Below, one piece after another: positions 1 through 8,698 of a stretch of 20,000 nucleotides of DNA. Source of the DNA: an uncultured virus (IMG/VR IMGVR_UViG_3300024261_000008) (lineage: Duplodnaviria > Heunggongvirae > Uroviricota > Caudoviricetes); IMG/VR virus record IMGVR_UViG_3300024261_000008, positions 108,184 to 128,183 of that record. One strand, given 5' to 3'. The notes below the pieces were generated by a model. That model was not told where the DNA came from, searched no databases, and was given only the letters and a program-made list of their open reading frames with translations. The number at the start of each line of letters is the position of its first letter. The stretch's first letter is position 1. A program made the translations under genes and the position numbers.

Positions 1-850
1 TTTTACCGAAATCGCATAGTTTTGTACACTTCCATGTTTTCTTGAGAGGTGGACGCTTACAGTTTTTGATATCCTCGAAAGTTTTACGCAGCATCATCTC
101 AACTTTAAATAAATCTCCTTTTTCAAAATTTATAGAAAATATGCCGCCGTCATTAATAAAATTAATCGTAACTATAATATGTTTTGCTTGAGGATACAAA
201 TGTTGAATAGCATAGTAATACAGCATTAGCTGTGGGTCTCTCTGTAACTTAGCTATGGTCTTCTCTTCACCTGTGGCCCAATCCAAACGCCTTCCTGTTT
301 TATAGTCAGTAATCTCATATGTATCATCGTTAATTTTTGTGATCAAGTCGATTGTACCTTTAATCGCCAACTGTCCTTTGACATGGTTGCCTTCTGCGTC
401 AGTAAAGTCATACCAAGCCCAAGGCTTATCAATAGTAATATCAAACCGTTGTTCAGGCTGGATGATATGCTGATTTCTGGGGTCTAACATACCATTGTTC
501 TGCTCTAAACATTTTTGTATCCATTTTCTACAATCTCTGTAGTCTACGTCAGTCCATTTATGGTGTGTAAACGCACTGGTATAATAATCATAGACTTTTT
601 GCGTTAAATCATCTATGCTATAATTATGTACATTGACATATCCTACAATATCATCCTCAAAGCTACCTTCTTTGTTTTGCAGTCCTAACTGTACGAAAGC
701 AAGTATCTCCATCACCTTATGAACGATGGTTCCTTTGTCTGCTTTCTTATTAGAATCTCCATTGTGTCCTAATACATACTGGAAAAAGTATTGTTGATTA
801 CACATTTTCCATGTGCCTAGTGAACTACTTCTAATATATGCTATATCCAT
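1..850 (-). CDS. PD-(D/E)XK nuclease, Cas4/RecB-family exonuclease (3' end runs off the window; not in the ORF track)
   Basis: Manual translation from ATG at 850, preceded by AGGAG: MDIAYIRSSSLGTWKMCNQQYFFQYVLG...KGTIVHKVME...PEQRFD...KGTIDLI...ITDYKTG...PQLMLYY...WKCTKLCDFGK, open to base 1. Shows RecB-family motifs (E, G-x-I-D, D-Y-K-T, QxxxY), one N-terminal Cys and C-terminal Cys residues. Confidence 0.88.
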   Translation of the reverse strand, partial: MDIAYIRSSSLGTWKMCNQQYFFQYVLGHNGDSNKKADKGTIVHKVMEILAFVQLGLQNKEGSFEDDIVGYVNVHNYSIDDLTQKVYDYYTSAFTHHKWTDVDYRDCRKWIQKCLEQNNGMLDPRNQHIIQPEQRFDITIDKPWAWYDFTDAEGNHVKGQLAIKGTIDLITKINDDTYEITDYKTGRRLDWATGEEKTIAKLQRDPQLMLYYYAIQHLYPQAKHIIVTINFINDGGIFSINFEKGDLFKVEMMLRKTFEDIKNCKRPPLKKTWKCTKLCDFGK

Positions 851-858
851 AAAATCTC

Positions 859-1932
859 CTATCGAGTTAAAACGCCACCATCCCTTGAAAGCATTAGTTT
901 ATCCCATGCAGACAAGGCATCAGGAGCCGTACTGGGCAGCACCTCAATGTTGTTATTAATAAAATGTGTTGATCCATCAACAAATACCACACCAACTCCA
1001 CCGGGATGTAGACTTCTAGAAGTTGCTTCATTGTTAGTTAAATTAAAACAACTCATCCCTTGTGCGTTCATGTCGTAGCTTTGTTGTAAAAGGTTGCAGT
1101 TTATTACATTGTCTGCACCTGACGAGGTATTAGCATTTGGCCCAGCAGCATCTAGACTCACCCCATCATAAGTTAAGCCGCCATGACCCCATAACGCACT
1201 ACTGCCAGCACCAGCCATAGCCCAGCAACCTCTAGAATCTCGTTCGTCGATACCTGCACGAATTTCTGCTAATAAACAAGTATTAGAAGTTCCATCAGTT
1301 ATATGTCCGAACTGACTACTCGCTCCATACCCCATGACTCCTCTAAGCATAGGGTCGTTCCAGTTCTTGCCATTATTGCCCAGAGCATTAAATGGAGGAT
1401 GTAAAGTCAAAGAGAACATACCTAGGCCTGCGTTAGCAGCATAGTTACCTCTAGCCCAGTTATCACCCCATTGTGCAGACCTAGAAGCAGAAGTGCCATT
1501 AAATGGCTTCCTATTATATGGGTCACTAGCACAAAGCATAACACTAAGTTCTGTAGAACGCAACGCCTCATTGCTTGGTGCTGATACAGTAAACCTAGAG
1601 TCGCTTTCGTCGTGTAGAGACTTTACTGTGCTTTGCTCTACATAGTCTAGGATGTCAATTACCCAATTCTTTGTTCTGGTATATGAACCAATGCCATCTG
1701 GTGGCAAGTTAGGATCGTTTGATGAAATCTTATGACTAGCATACGGAAATCTACGATGTGCAGACTCGTAATTGTGACACGCTAGCCCTAACTGTTTCAT
1801 ATTGCTGGCACAAGACATACGTCTTGCAGCCTCTCTTGCGGATTGCACAGCAGGCAACAACAAGCCAACAAGCACACCGATGATGGCAATAACAACAAGT
1901 AGTTCGATTAAAGTAAATGCTTTCTTATTCAT
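859..1932 (-). CDS. DUF1559 family protein with prepilin-type N-terminal cleavage/methylation motif and H-X9-DG C-terminal motif (Planctomycetota-type)
   Basis: N-terminus KKAF|TLIELLVVIAIIGVLVGLLLPAVQSAREAARRMSCASNMKQLGLACHNYES..FP region (cleavage expected before the Phe); internal ITDGTSNTCLLAE; C-terminal RSLHPGGVGVVFVDGS (H-X9-DG). GGAG upstream; ATGA overlap with the upstream kinase gene. Confidence 0.95.
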   Translation of the reverse strand: MNKKAFTLIELLVVIAIIGVLVGLLLPAVQSAREAARRMSCASNMKQLGLACHNYESAHRRFPYASHKISSNDPNLPPDGIGSYTRTKNWVIDILDYVEQSTVKSLHDESDSRFTVSAPSNEALRSTELSVMLCASDPYNRKPFNGTSASRSAQWGDNWARGNYAANAGLGMFSLTLHPPFNALGNNGKNWNDPMLRGVMGYGASSQFGHITDGTSNTCLLAEIRAGIDERDSRGCWAMAGAGSSALWGHGGLTYDGVSLDAAGPNANTSSGADNVINCNLLQQSYDMNAQGMSCFNLTNNEATSRSLHPGGVGVVFVDGSTHFINNNIEVLPSTAPDALSAWDKLMLSRDGGVLTR

Positions 1933-2510
1933 AGTAATTTCTCCAAAGTTAAAAAGTTGTCCAATTCATTCAAAGTCTCTTGTACCGTCTTATTAGTATT
2001 GTCAATAACTAAATCGAAGTTATCTATTGAAAAATAAGTGTGATCTAATGCAGTCTCACTGGCATGGTTACTATTATACACGTTCCGTTCCAGTTTGACA
2101 ACCACCCCGCCAGCATTTTTTATACATTCTACTTCATTAGGGAAACGACAGTCTGCTACAAGTGCCAGAAAAGGTGAATCTTTTTCTATGCGACCTATAG
2201 TTGCTGCTGACCATACATCATTTTTAATAGTACGAAATATATCTGTTCCTACATACTGCATTACTTCTCTAGCAGTCATGTTTTTCCCATGTCTCTTACA
2301 TTCTGTCAAAGTGTTCTTTGCAGCATCGTCGCCGTAACACTGGGTATATGTCAAACCTAAAACATCCATACATACAGTGCGTTTTAGTGGATCAGCAAAA
2401 TTATATACTTTGCATACTTTATCTCCTGTACACTTAGACGCAAGGTGTTCTGCACAAGTTGTTTTACCAGACTGTTTTCTGCCAGCAAATGCAATAATCT
2501 TAGTTTTCAT
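1929..2510 (-). CDS. Deoxynucleoside monophosphate kinase (T4 gp1-like P-loop kinase)
   Basis: Walker A AFAGRKQSGKTT, NFADPLK, TAREVMQYVGTDIFR, DCRFPNE and HASETALD motifs typical of phage dNMP kinases. Confidence 0.88.
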   Translation of the reverse strand: MKTKIIAFAGRKQSGKTTCAEHLASKCTGDKVCKVYNFADPLKRTVCMDVLGLTYTQCYGDDAAKNTLTECKRHGKNMTAREVMQYVGTDIFRTIKNDVWSAATIGRIEKDSPFLALVADCRFPNEVECIKNAGGVVVKLERNVYNSNHASETALDHTYFSIDNFDLVIDNTNKTVQETLNELDNFLTLEKLL

Positions 2511-3676
2511 ATAACGTCCTTTATATACTGTTTGATTTCCTTGTCAATTTCTTCACTAGTCATTTCACCAATGTCACCCTTAGATATTTCTGGTATAAAT
2601 ACCCTGTAAGTGTTTTGGCATTTGTTCTTAATCTCTTGTGCCGCCTGCTTACCAGCCTCATCATTATCGGTCAATACTATTATAGCCATTGCTCCCGAAG
2701 AGTCCAGTAATATTTTCTGTCTATCGCTCAGATTACAGCCAAATATAGCTACACTATTATGTATGCCATTCTCTTCTAGTCTCCATACATTGCCGGGACT
2801 CTCTACGATAATAGCTACATGAGACTGCTCTATATGCTCTTTGGCAAAACCTTTCCAATAGTTGTACAAATTATTCTGACTTTTAAAATCTGCACTATGT
2901 TTCCATTTAGAGTAGGCCCATCTATATTCTGAATCAGGACAATCTTGGTTGGGGTCATGGTAAGCACCACATTTAGGACAAGCCTCAAATATGCTGCGAC
3001 CAGTACAGCCTACCATATTATCATATTCTAGATTGTATATGGGTGCTACTACACGATTATTCATAGGCTTGCCTTTAGAGGCACACAAACCAACGTCATA
3101 CCTGTCCAATACTTCCTGTGAATATCCTCTATTTATAAAGTATTCAGCAGGATAAATTAGTGAACTTCTAACTTGTTTTCTGGTAATCTTAGAGGCTTGA
3201 ACTTTGTCTTCTTCCCTTATATGATTAATTGCATTGGTAAAGTTAGACTTATTGCGATTGACCTTTGTGATCTTAATATCTTTCATGTCTTTGTTGACAA
3301 ACTTTTCTAAGAAAGTTACTGCTTCTTTAAAGGTTGCCATCTTATCGCCTTGCTTATACCACTTATATTTTCTGTGTGATATAATACCTCTTACGAAACC
3401 TATTAGTGAACCCCTAAAGCACTTTTGACAACCATGAGTCCTACACTTCCAGTTACCCTTATAATTATCGTAGGCATCATCACCCACATGATAAATGTTC
3501 AGTGCGGAGTCATTGTCTCCACCGTGTATGGGACAAGGCATACTATACATCTTGCCTTTATCTTTATATTCAAGATCAAAGTAGTCAAACAATGCTTCTA
3601 TGTCATCACACGCCATATCGCATAGTATTTTTAACTTTTTCTGATCACTCGAATGGGATTTGTTCGCTGTCTTCAT
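2507..3676 (-). CDS. dnaG: DNA primase (CHC2-type zinc-binding domain plus TOPRIM domain)
   Basis: N-terminal CPIH...CRTHGC zinc-binding domain, YFINRG, VVAPIYN...GCTGR, TOPRIM VESPGNV and TDNDEAG; adjacent to dnaB. Confidence 0.85.
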   Translation of the reverse strand: MKTANKSHSSDQKKLKILCDMACDDIEALFDYFDLEYKDKGKMYSMPCPIHGGDNDSALNIYHVGDDAYDNYKGNWKCRTHGCQKCFRGSLIGFVRGIISHRKYKWYKQGDKMATFKEAVTFLEKFVNKDMKDIKITKVNRNKSNFTNAINHIREEDKVQASKITRKQVRSSLIYPAEYFINRGYSQEVLDRYDVGLCASKGKPMNNRVVAPIYNLEYDNMVGCTGRSIFEACPKCGAYHDPNQDCPDSEYRWAYSKWKHSADFKSQNNLYNYWKGFAKEHIEQSHVAIIVESPGNVWRLEENGIHNSVAIFGCNLSDRQKILLDSSGAMAIIVLTDNDEAGKQAAQEIKNKCQNTYRVFIPEISKGDIGEMTSEEIDKEIKQYIKDVI

Positions 3677-5114
3677 TATTTTCCTCTACCAAAAAGCCAT
3701 CTGATTCTTGTCCACGATTATTCATTACTTCTAATTTAGTTTTACCTTCGGTAATCTTTGCACACCAACCTTTCATGTTGCAGTTGATGTAGTCGTTATC
3801 GTCTAGTCCTCCACCATGACGACTAATAAGAGGAACTAGCTTACGGTTGCCGTTGTCTGCACCATCTTCAGCAATCTCTTCAGACGACTTGCGTTTAAAG
3901 ATACTGAAATTGCTACAGAGCCATACGATTCTATCTGAGCCGCTAGCCGTATCTGTGCTCTCTTTTGTTATACCGTCACGGTTTAGCTGAATAAATGCCA
4001 TGATAGGTATTTTATATTTTGTTGCGAAGTTATGTAGTTGTGTCATCATAAATCCCAACAGTTGATACTCTTTCATATCCGCACTCATGCCTTGCGTATC
4101 CATCAATTTTAGGTAGTCATAGAAGATAACACAGTCTTTTGCTGTGCCGTCATCATTTAGTCCTACTTCTTTTACGATCCATCTACGCACAATAGACATT
4201 TGATCTTCAAAACTTTTACCAGCAATAGACTTATGATAATACGGTGTCTTTTTAAGTTTAGCCATTGCTTCTATTATTTTTGTTTTGTTTGCGGGTGTGC
4301 CAGCAAACCTTCCGGTTTCTATATCATTTATCTCAACCTCTGTCATCATAGCCAGAACACGATTGATATGGTCTTCTTTAGTCATTTCAGTATCCATATT
4401 TAATACTGGGATACCGAGTTCACTAGCTATATAAAAGCCCATATTGTCTGATAATAAAGTCTTACCAGTTTTTGGTCTAGCAGCAATCACGTTGACTGTG
4501 GACTTTCTTAGTCCCCCACCTATAGCCTGATCGTATGCAGGGAAGCCAGTAGAAATACCTACTTGGTCAACTTTATTTTCTACAAGGTCTTTGACATACG
4601 CATCTATATCGCTTCCGATAGTTTCTGGTTTACCATCAGAATCATTCAACACGTTCGTAAAATCAAAAACAGCATCTTCAGCTACAGCCAGAATAGAACC
4701 AATGCTCTCTGTGCCAGTGACATCCAACAGTTTGTCTCCAGCCCCTTCTAATTGTTTCTTTAGTAGTCTAGCTATTTCTAGTTTGCGAATTTTTGCTGCA
4801 AACTTTCTGACGTTATCCAGATTCACGGGGAAATCTATTACGGCTTTGAGATGCTGAACCTCATCCTTTTTCTGAATAACTGCACCAAGAGTTAACTCTT
4901 CAGCAGCAGAAAAGATAGATGCCACATCAATAGATGTTTGTACCTCTTCTTTATCAAAAATAGTCTTCAGGCATTTAAACAGTATCACATTACTGTCTAC
5001 AGTAAACGTAGATTCGGTTACAATGTCTGCTATATCTAACCAGCCGTCATGACCATACTTGCACAATCCTGCAAGCACTGCTCGTTCTGCTGATGTGTCG
5101 CTTAATACTAACAT
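3645..5114 (-). CDS. dnaB: Replicative DnaB-like (SF4) DNA helicase
   Basis: AERAVLAGL N-terminus, GISTGFPAYD, Walker A AARPKTGKT, DTEM, Walker B FYDYLKLM, IQLNR, ASGSDRI, SRHG. Confidence 0.93.
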   Translation of the reverse strand: MLVLSDTSAERAVLAGLCKYGHDGWLDIADIVTESTFTVDSNVILFKCLKTIFDKEEVQTSIDVASIFSAAEELTLGAVIQKKDEVQHLKAVIDFPVNLDNVRKFAAKIRKLEIARLLKKQLEGAGDKLLDVTGTESIGSILAVAEDAVFDFTNVLNDSDGKPETIGSDIDAYVKDLVENKVDQVGISTGFPAYDQAIGGGLRKSTVNVIAARPKTGKTLLSDNMGFYIASELGIPVLNMDTEMTKEDHINRVLAMMTEVEINDIETGRFAGTPANKTKIIEAMAKLKKTPYYHKSIAGKSFEDQMSIVRRWIVKEVGLNDDGTAKDCVIFYDYLKLMDTQGMSADMKEYQLLGFMMTQLHNFATKYKIPIMAFIQLNRDGITKESTDTASGSDRIVWLCSNFSIFKRKSSEEIAEDGADNGNRKLVPLISRHGGGLDDNDYINCNMKGWCAKITEGKTKLEVMNNRGQESDGFLVEENNEDSEQIPFE

Positions 5115-5506
5115 TAACCACTACCCTTTGAGCATGAGTTGCATTTATATCTAGCTTCGCCCTCATATAACAGACTAGCACTGACTTCCTCTGATTTGCC
5201 GCATATACGACAAGTTGCTTTTACCATAGATACACTACGATTTCTAGGAACAGGAGGATACTGTGATAGCTTTTTCTGCAATTCTGTATCCTGCTTGTGC
5301 AGTTTATTTTCCATCATTTCATCAAACTTATTATAGTGCTTGCCAGTTCTATACGAAGGTCCAGCATCCTTAATAGGAGTATTGGGATTGATCAGTGGGG
5401 AGACATCTGTTTTGACTGCCACTGCTTCTTCTTTGTCTTCTGGAAGCATGGCTTTTAACATGCCAATCATTTGCTTGATCTGTGCTGGACTTAATTCTTC
5501 AGCCAT
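5114..5506 (-). CDS. Hypothetical protein with C-terminal C4 zinc finger
   Basis: CRICG...YKCNSC pair; overlaps both neighbours in the operon. Confidence 0.75.
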   Translation of the reverse strand: MAEELSPAQIKQMIGMLKAMLPEDKEEAVAVKTDVSPLINPNTPIKDAGPSYRTGKHYNKFDEMMENKLHKQDTELQKKLSQYPPVPRNRSVSMVKATCRICGKSEEVSASLLYEGEARYKCNSCSKGSG

Positions 5507-5987
5507 TTTTCACCATGCCCTTTGCTCTTTGAATGTTAATTAAAATATCCGATAGGTTTTTCAATGAACTAGACAAGTAAGTTAGTCTGTCTAGTCTCTG
5601 CGTTGCATACTTCTTTATCATGTTTAATTTGAATGCTTTCTCATTGTGTTTAATTGCTTGGTATGATTTTTCAAGATATCCGTATCCTTTGTAGCTGTTG
5701 ATTTCATCAGCAATTACAATCTTGATTTCATCGTCAGCCCAATTAATTCTTGCCTGCTCACGGTTTATAGTTCGCTGTAGATGGAAACCAAATTGTCCAA
5801 GTCTAAAAGCGATCTCTGCACAGTGAGTTATATCCATCTTTTCTAACACATCTCTCGTCATTGTCAAGTACTCATTTAATTCTTTTTCTGGTAGGCTATC
5901 GCCTTTATATGATGGCATACCTAGACCATGTTCATATTCGTCTAGTACTGTATCCCAATATTCTATTTGTTCTTTAGCAGTTTTCAT
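5499..5987 (-). CDS. Hypothetical helical protein, possibly UvsY-like recombination mediator
   Basis: 162 aa, predicted alpha-helical/coiled-coil, between recA and dnaB. Function inferred from size and context only. Confidence 0.55.
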   Translation of the reverse strand: MKTAKEQIEYWDTVLDEYEHGLGMPSYKGDSLPEKELNEYLTMTRDVLEKMDITHCAEIAFRLGQFGFHLQRTINREQARINWADDEIKIVIADEINSYKGYGYLEKSYQAIKHNEKAFKLNMIKKYATQRLDRLTYLSSSLKNLSDILINIQRAKGMVKNG

Positions 5988-6394
5988 CCTAATATCCTTT
6001 TACGCCATTGTTCTAAGTCTTCGCTGTATGGTAACTCAATATATTCTATTCCGTTTAATTCGCACCATTCTATTTTTTCTCTGTCTCGTTTCTTATGTTG
6101 TGCAAAATTCATTGGTGTTTGATGGAAGTGAGGTATAAACTTATAGTGTTGTTCGCCATGAACCTCAATACACTTGCTATTAAGAGGTAGGAAAAAATCT
6201 AGATATACTCTCTGACCTTTCTTAATCGGTATTGTAATCTCTTCACATATTTGTAAAGTAGGAAAACATTCTTTAATTAAATCTCTCGCTGCTGTATGAT
6301 ATTTTGACTTACCTGCCCTAGTTGCTCTAGAAAGACCTTGTGCGATGTTCAATTTTATTTGGTTGCCATCTAGATCGTATACAGTTTTACTCAT
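5984..6394 (-). CDS. PD-(D/E)XK endonuclease (DUF559/Vsr-like)
   Basis: ICEE...YLDFFLP...CIEVHGEQHY...KKRDREKIEWCELNGIEYIELPY motif pattern. Confidence 0.8.
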   Translation of the reverse strand: MSKTVYDLDGNQIKLNIAQGLSRATRAGKSKYHTAARDLIKECFPTLQICEEITIPIKKGQRVYLDFFLPLNSKCIEVHGEQHYKFIPHFHQTPMNFAQHKKRDREKIEWCELNGIEYIELPYSEDLEQWRKRILG

Positions 6395-7406
6395 CTACTT
6401 CCAATCCTAGCATTGCCTTTAATTCTTTGTCTAATTGTTTGGCATGGTCAGGGTTTTCTAATAGATACAGCCGTACCTTCTCAGCACCTTGAAATTTAGG
6501 CTTGTCTTTAATAGACTCAAGCGTGTACCATGCACCACCTTTTTTAATAACACCCAAGTCGCTGCATAATTCGACCAACTCAGACATCTTATCAATTCCT
6601 TGTCCATATCTTATAAAACTGATACTCTTTACTCCCGGTGGTCCAAGAGCAGAGGTGATCGTCTTCCAAGTGACTTTCTGGCCGACTTGTGGCCCTGTTG
6701 CAGGAATGTGCCATGCTTCTACTTTTTCAGCCCATAGCTTCACATCTGTCTGATATGCTACAGCTTGTCCTGATTTTTCTTTGAACTCTTTTCCATAGCC
6801 GGTAGGATTACCCATAAGATGAGTAATACCAATAACAATATTCTTATTGACAGGAATAACATTGGCTACCTTTCTACAAAATTTAGCAAGCAATTTAGCA
6901 CCGTCAGCCCTTTGCATTTTATTCATCTCAGAAGTTATCTCTGCTTCTGTACAAAGTGCTGAATAAGAATCAATAATTAAAATAGAACCGGGAATCTCAT
7001 TGATGATACGTTCTGCAATAGCAAGATATTCTTCACCATGTAGAATCTTACCTTGTTGAGAGCCTACAATTTCAAACCTGTCTAAGTCTAGTCCTTCAAT
7101 CCCTTTTAAATCCCGTTGCTTTAATCTACCTTCTATGTTTAGGTAATACGCCTGTCTTGGTTTCTTTAGGTCTCCCTGATATTCTGGTCTGAGTGCTGTG
7201 GAGCAAAAGTCTAGAGACGATGTAGTCTTGCCGCATTTAGGTTGTCCAGTGAAGATGATGAAACTACCTTCTGGTATTCCTCCTCCTAGACCCAAGTCTA
7301 AAGCTGGACTAACTGGTATAATAACTTGCTTTTGATCGACGACAGCATTTGCTGACACTACAATTTCATCACCAAATTGTTTTTTAATATCTTCCTTTAA
7401 TGCCAT
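6387..7406 (-). CDS. recA: RecA/UvsX-like recombinase
   Basis: SPALDLGLGGGIPEG, Walker A GQPKCGKTT, NIEGR, Walker B LIIDSYSAL, C-terminal GVIKKGGAWY...KFQGAEKV typical of RecA. Confidence 0.92.
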   Translation of the reverse strand: MALKEDIKKQFGDEIVVSANAVVDQKQVIIPVSPALDLGLGGGIPEGSFIIFTGQPKCGKTTSSLDFCSTALRPEYQGDLKKPRQAYYLNIEGRLKQRDLKGIEGLDLDRFEIVGSQQGKILHGEEYLAIAERIINEIPGSILIIDSYSALCTEAEITSEMNKMQRADGAKLLAKFCRKVANVIPVNKNIVIGITHLMGNPTGYGKEFKEKSGQAVAYQTDVKLWAEKVEAWHIPATGPQVGQKVTWKTITSALGPPGVKSISFIRYGQGIDKMSELVELCSDLGVIKKGGAWYTLESIKDKPKFQGAEKVRLYLLENPDHAKQLDKELKAMLGLEVDE

Positions 7407-7814
7407 TTAATCTAACTCCCTAAGTTTACTGATAATGTTGTCTTTAGTCTTATGTTTTGTATAAGTTGGTTTTTCTATTCTCTCTATGTCCTTACGCATC
7501 TGTGTGTTCTGTGCTGCAAGTTTAACTTCTTCCTCTTCTATTATAGCCTTGAGGTGTGGTGCTCGCAAGGAAAAAATTCTTAGACCGGCATTAGTATTTA
7601 ACGCATTAATTATCGCCCTTGGAGAAAACTGCTTACATAACCTATTTGCAGTTGGTATCTGATTCCTGAAGTATTTATTCCACTTGTCACTGAGCCAGAA
7701 ACGATGGTGTAAATCTTGCTTTTCTTTTTTGGCTTTGCGTTCGCATATCATCTCTGTGATAAACTGAGCCGGTGTTATCTCTTTATTTTGAAAATATTTA
7801 GATGGGTATTTCAT
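7407..7814 (-). CDS. Hypothetical basic protein
   Basis: 135-aa ORF abutting recA with no gap, same strand; Lys/Arg-rich. Confidence 0.75.
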   Translation of the reverse strand: MKYPSKYFQNKEITPAQFITEMICERKAKKEKQDLHHRFWLSDKWNKYFRNQIPTANRLCKQFSPRAIINALNTNAGLRIFSLRAPHLKAIIEEEEVKLAAQNTQMRKDIERIEKPTYTKHKTKDNIISKLRELD

Positions 7815-8251
7815 TATGCTTCGTTCGATTTCTTTTTTTCCAATTCTTTTTCTATATTAACATACGAAGCATCAAGAGATTTGTCAAGTGTTTCTATGAA
7901 ATCTTTTGACAGATTTACTGGGTCTATTCCGGGCTTGACTACTACATGATAATCTACACTATTAATTTGCTGTATATTTGTTAACTCTGTACACTCATCA
8001 TTCATGTGGTGTAACTCTGACTTGACATTAATAAAAAGATGTGTAATGCCTTCAGTAACAAATTCAGGATGAGCATCCCCATAATAGTATCCTGCTTCAT
8101 CTATAGGGTTCTCACTTTGGTTTGTTCGACCGCTTGCTGCCGCTTCCATTTTTTTCTTTAGCCTATGATACTCTTCAATTTCTTCTGGGCTAATAAGTTC
8201 TAAAAAACTCTTAACTTCTTCGTCTATCTTTATTTCTTCTTCGTTCTTCAT
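7814..8251 (-). CDS. Hypothetical acidic protein
   Basis: 145-aa ORF, GGAG upstream of ATG, TAATG overlap with the next gene. Confidence 0.75.
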   Translation of the reverse strand: MKNEEEIKIDEEVKSFLELISPEEIEEYHRLKKKMEAAASGRTNQSENPIDEAGYYYGDAHPEFVTEGITHLFINVKSELHHMNDECTELTNIQQINSVDYHVVVKPGIDPVNLSKDFIETLDKSLDASYVNIEKELEKKKSNEA

Positions 8252-8354
8252 TTCTGTTCTCCAATACTGCTAATATAAATGCTAGAACAACTCCTGCTGT
8301 TGCTAGCCAGACAAAAAATCTAATTAAAAATTCTATCGCCGGTACGCCACCCAT
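8211..8354 (-). CDS. Small single-pass membrane protein (47 aa; not in the ORF track)
   Basis: Manual translation MGGVPAIEFLIRFFVWLATAGVVLAFILAVLENRNEERRRNKDRRRS*. ATG overlaps the upstream TGA (TGATG), fills a ~100-bp gap, has a 19-residue hydrophobic stretch and a basic tail. Confidence 0.7.
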   Translation of the reverse strand: MGGVPAIEFLIRFFVWLATAGVVLAFILAVLENRNEERRRNKDRRRS

Positions 8355-8698
8355 CATTCTGGCCTAAAAATAAAGCCGGAAGTATCTCTACTCTCTCCGG
8401 TTTCTTTAGCCTTTTTGACGGCTTCATCTGCCTGCATAGACGCTGCTTCTGTCATTACAGAAACATTGCTCTTGCCACTTGCAGTATCATGACTCATCAA
8501 ATCTCTAACACCTGTTACGGGAGCCTGCTTTGTTTTTACAGCAGATTCTTTTTGTGCTGGTTGAGGATGATGCTTTTTGACTACACCTCTAACTTGTGCA
8601 GGAGTAAGGCCTAGTTCTTCAGAAACCTGCGAAGTAGTTTTCCCTTCACTGATCAAGTGCAAAACAGCATACGTTTGTGTCTGTGTAATCTTTGCCAT
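8354..8698 (-). CDS. Putative helix-turn-helix DNA-binding protein
   Basis: N-terminal VLHLISEGKTTSQVSEELGLTPAQVRGVVKK fits a classical HTH; followed by a low-complexity linker. Confidence 0.65.
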   Translation of the reverse strand: MAKITQTQTYAVLHLISEGKTTSQVSEELGLTPAQVRGVVKKHHPQPAQKESAVKTKQAPVTGVRDLMSHDTASGKSNVSVMTEAASMQADEAVKKAKETGESRDTSGFIFRPE

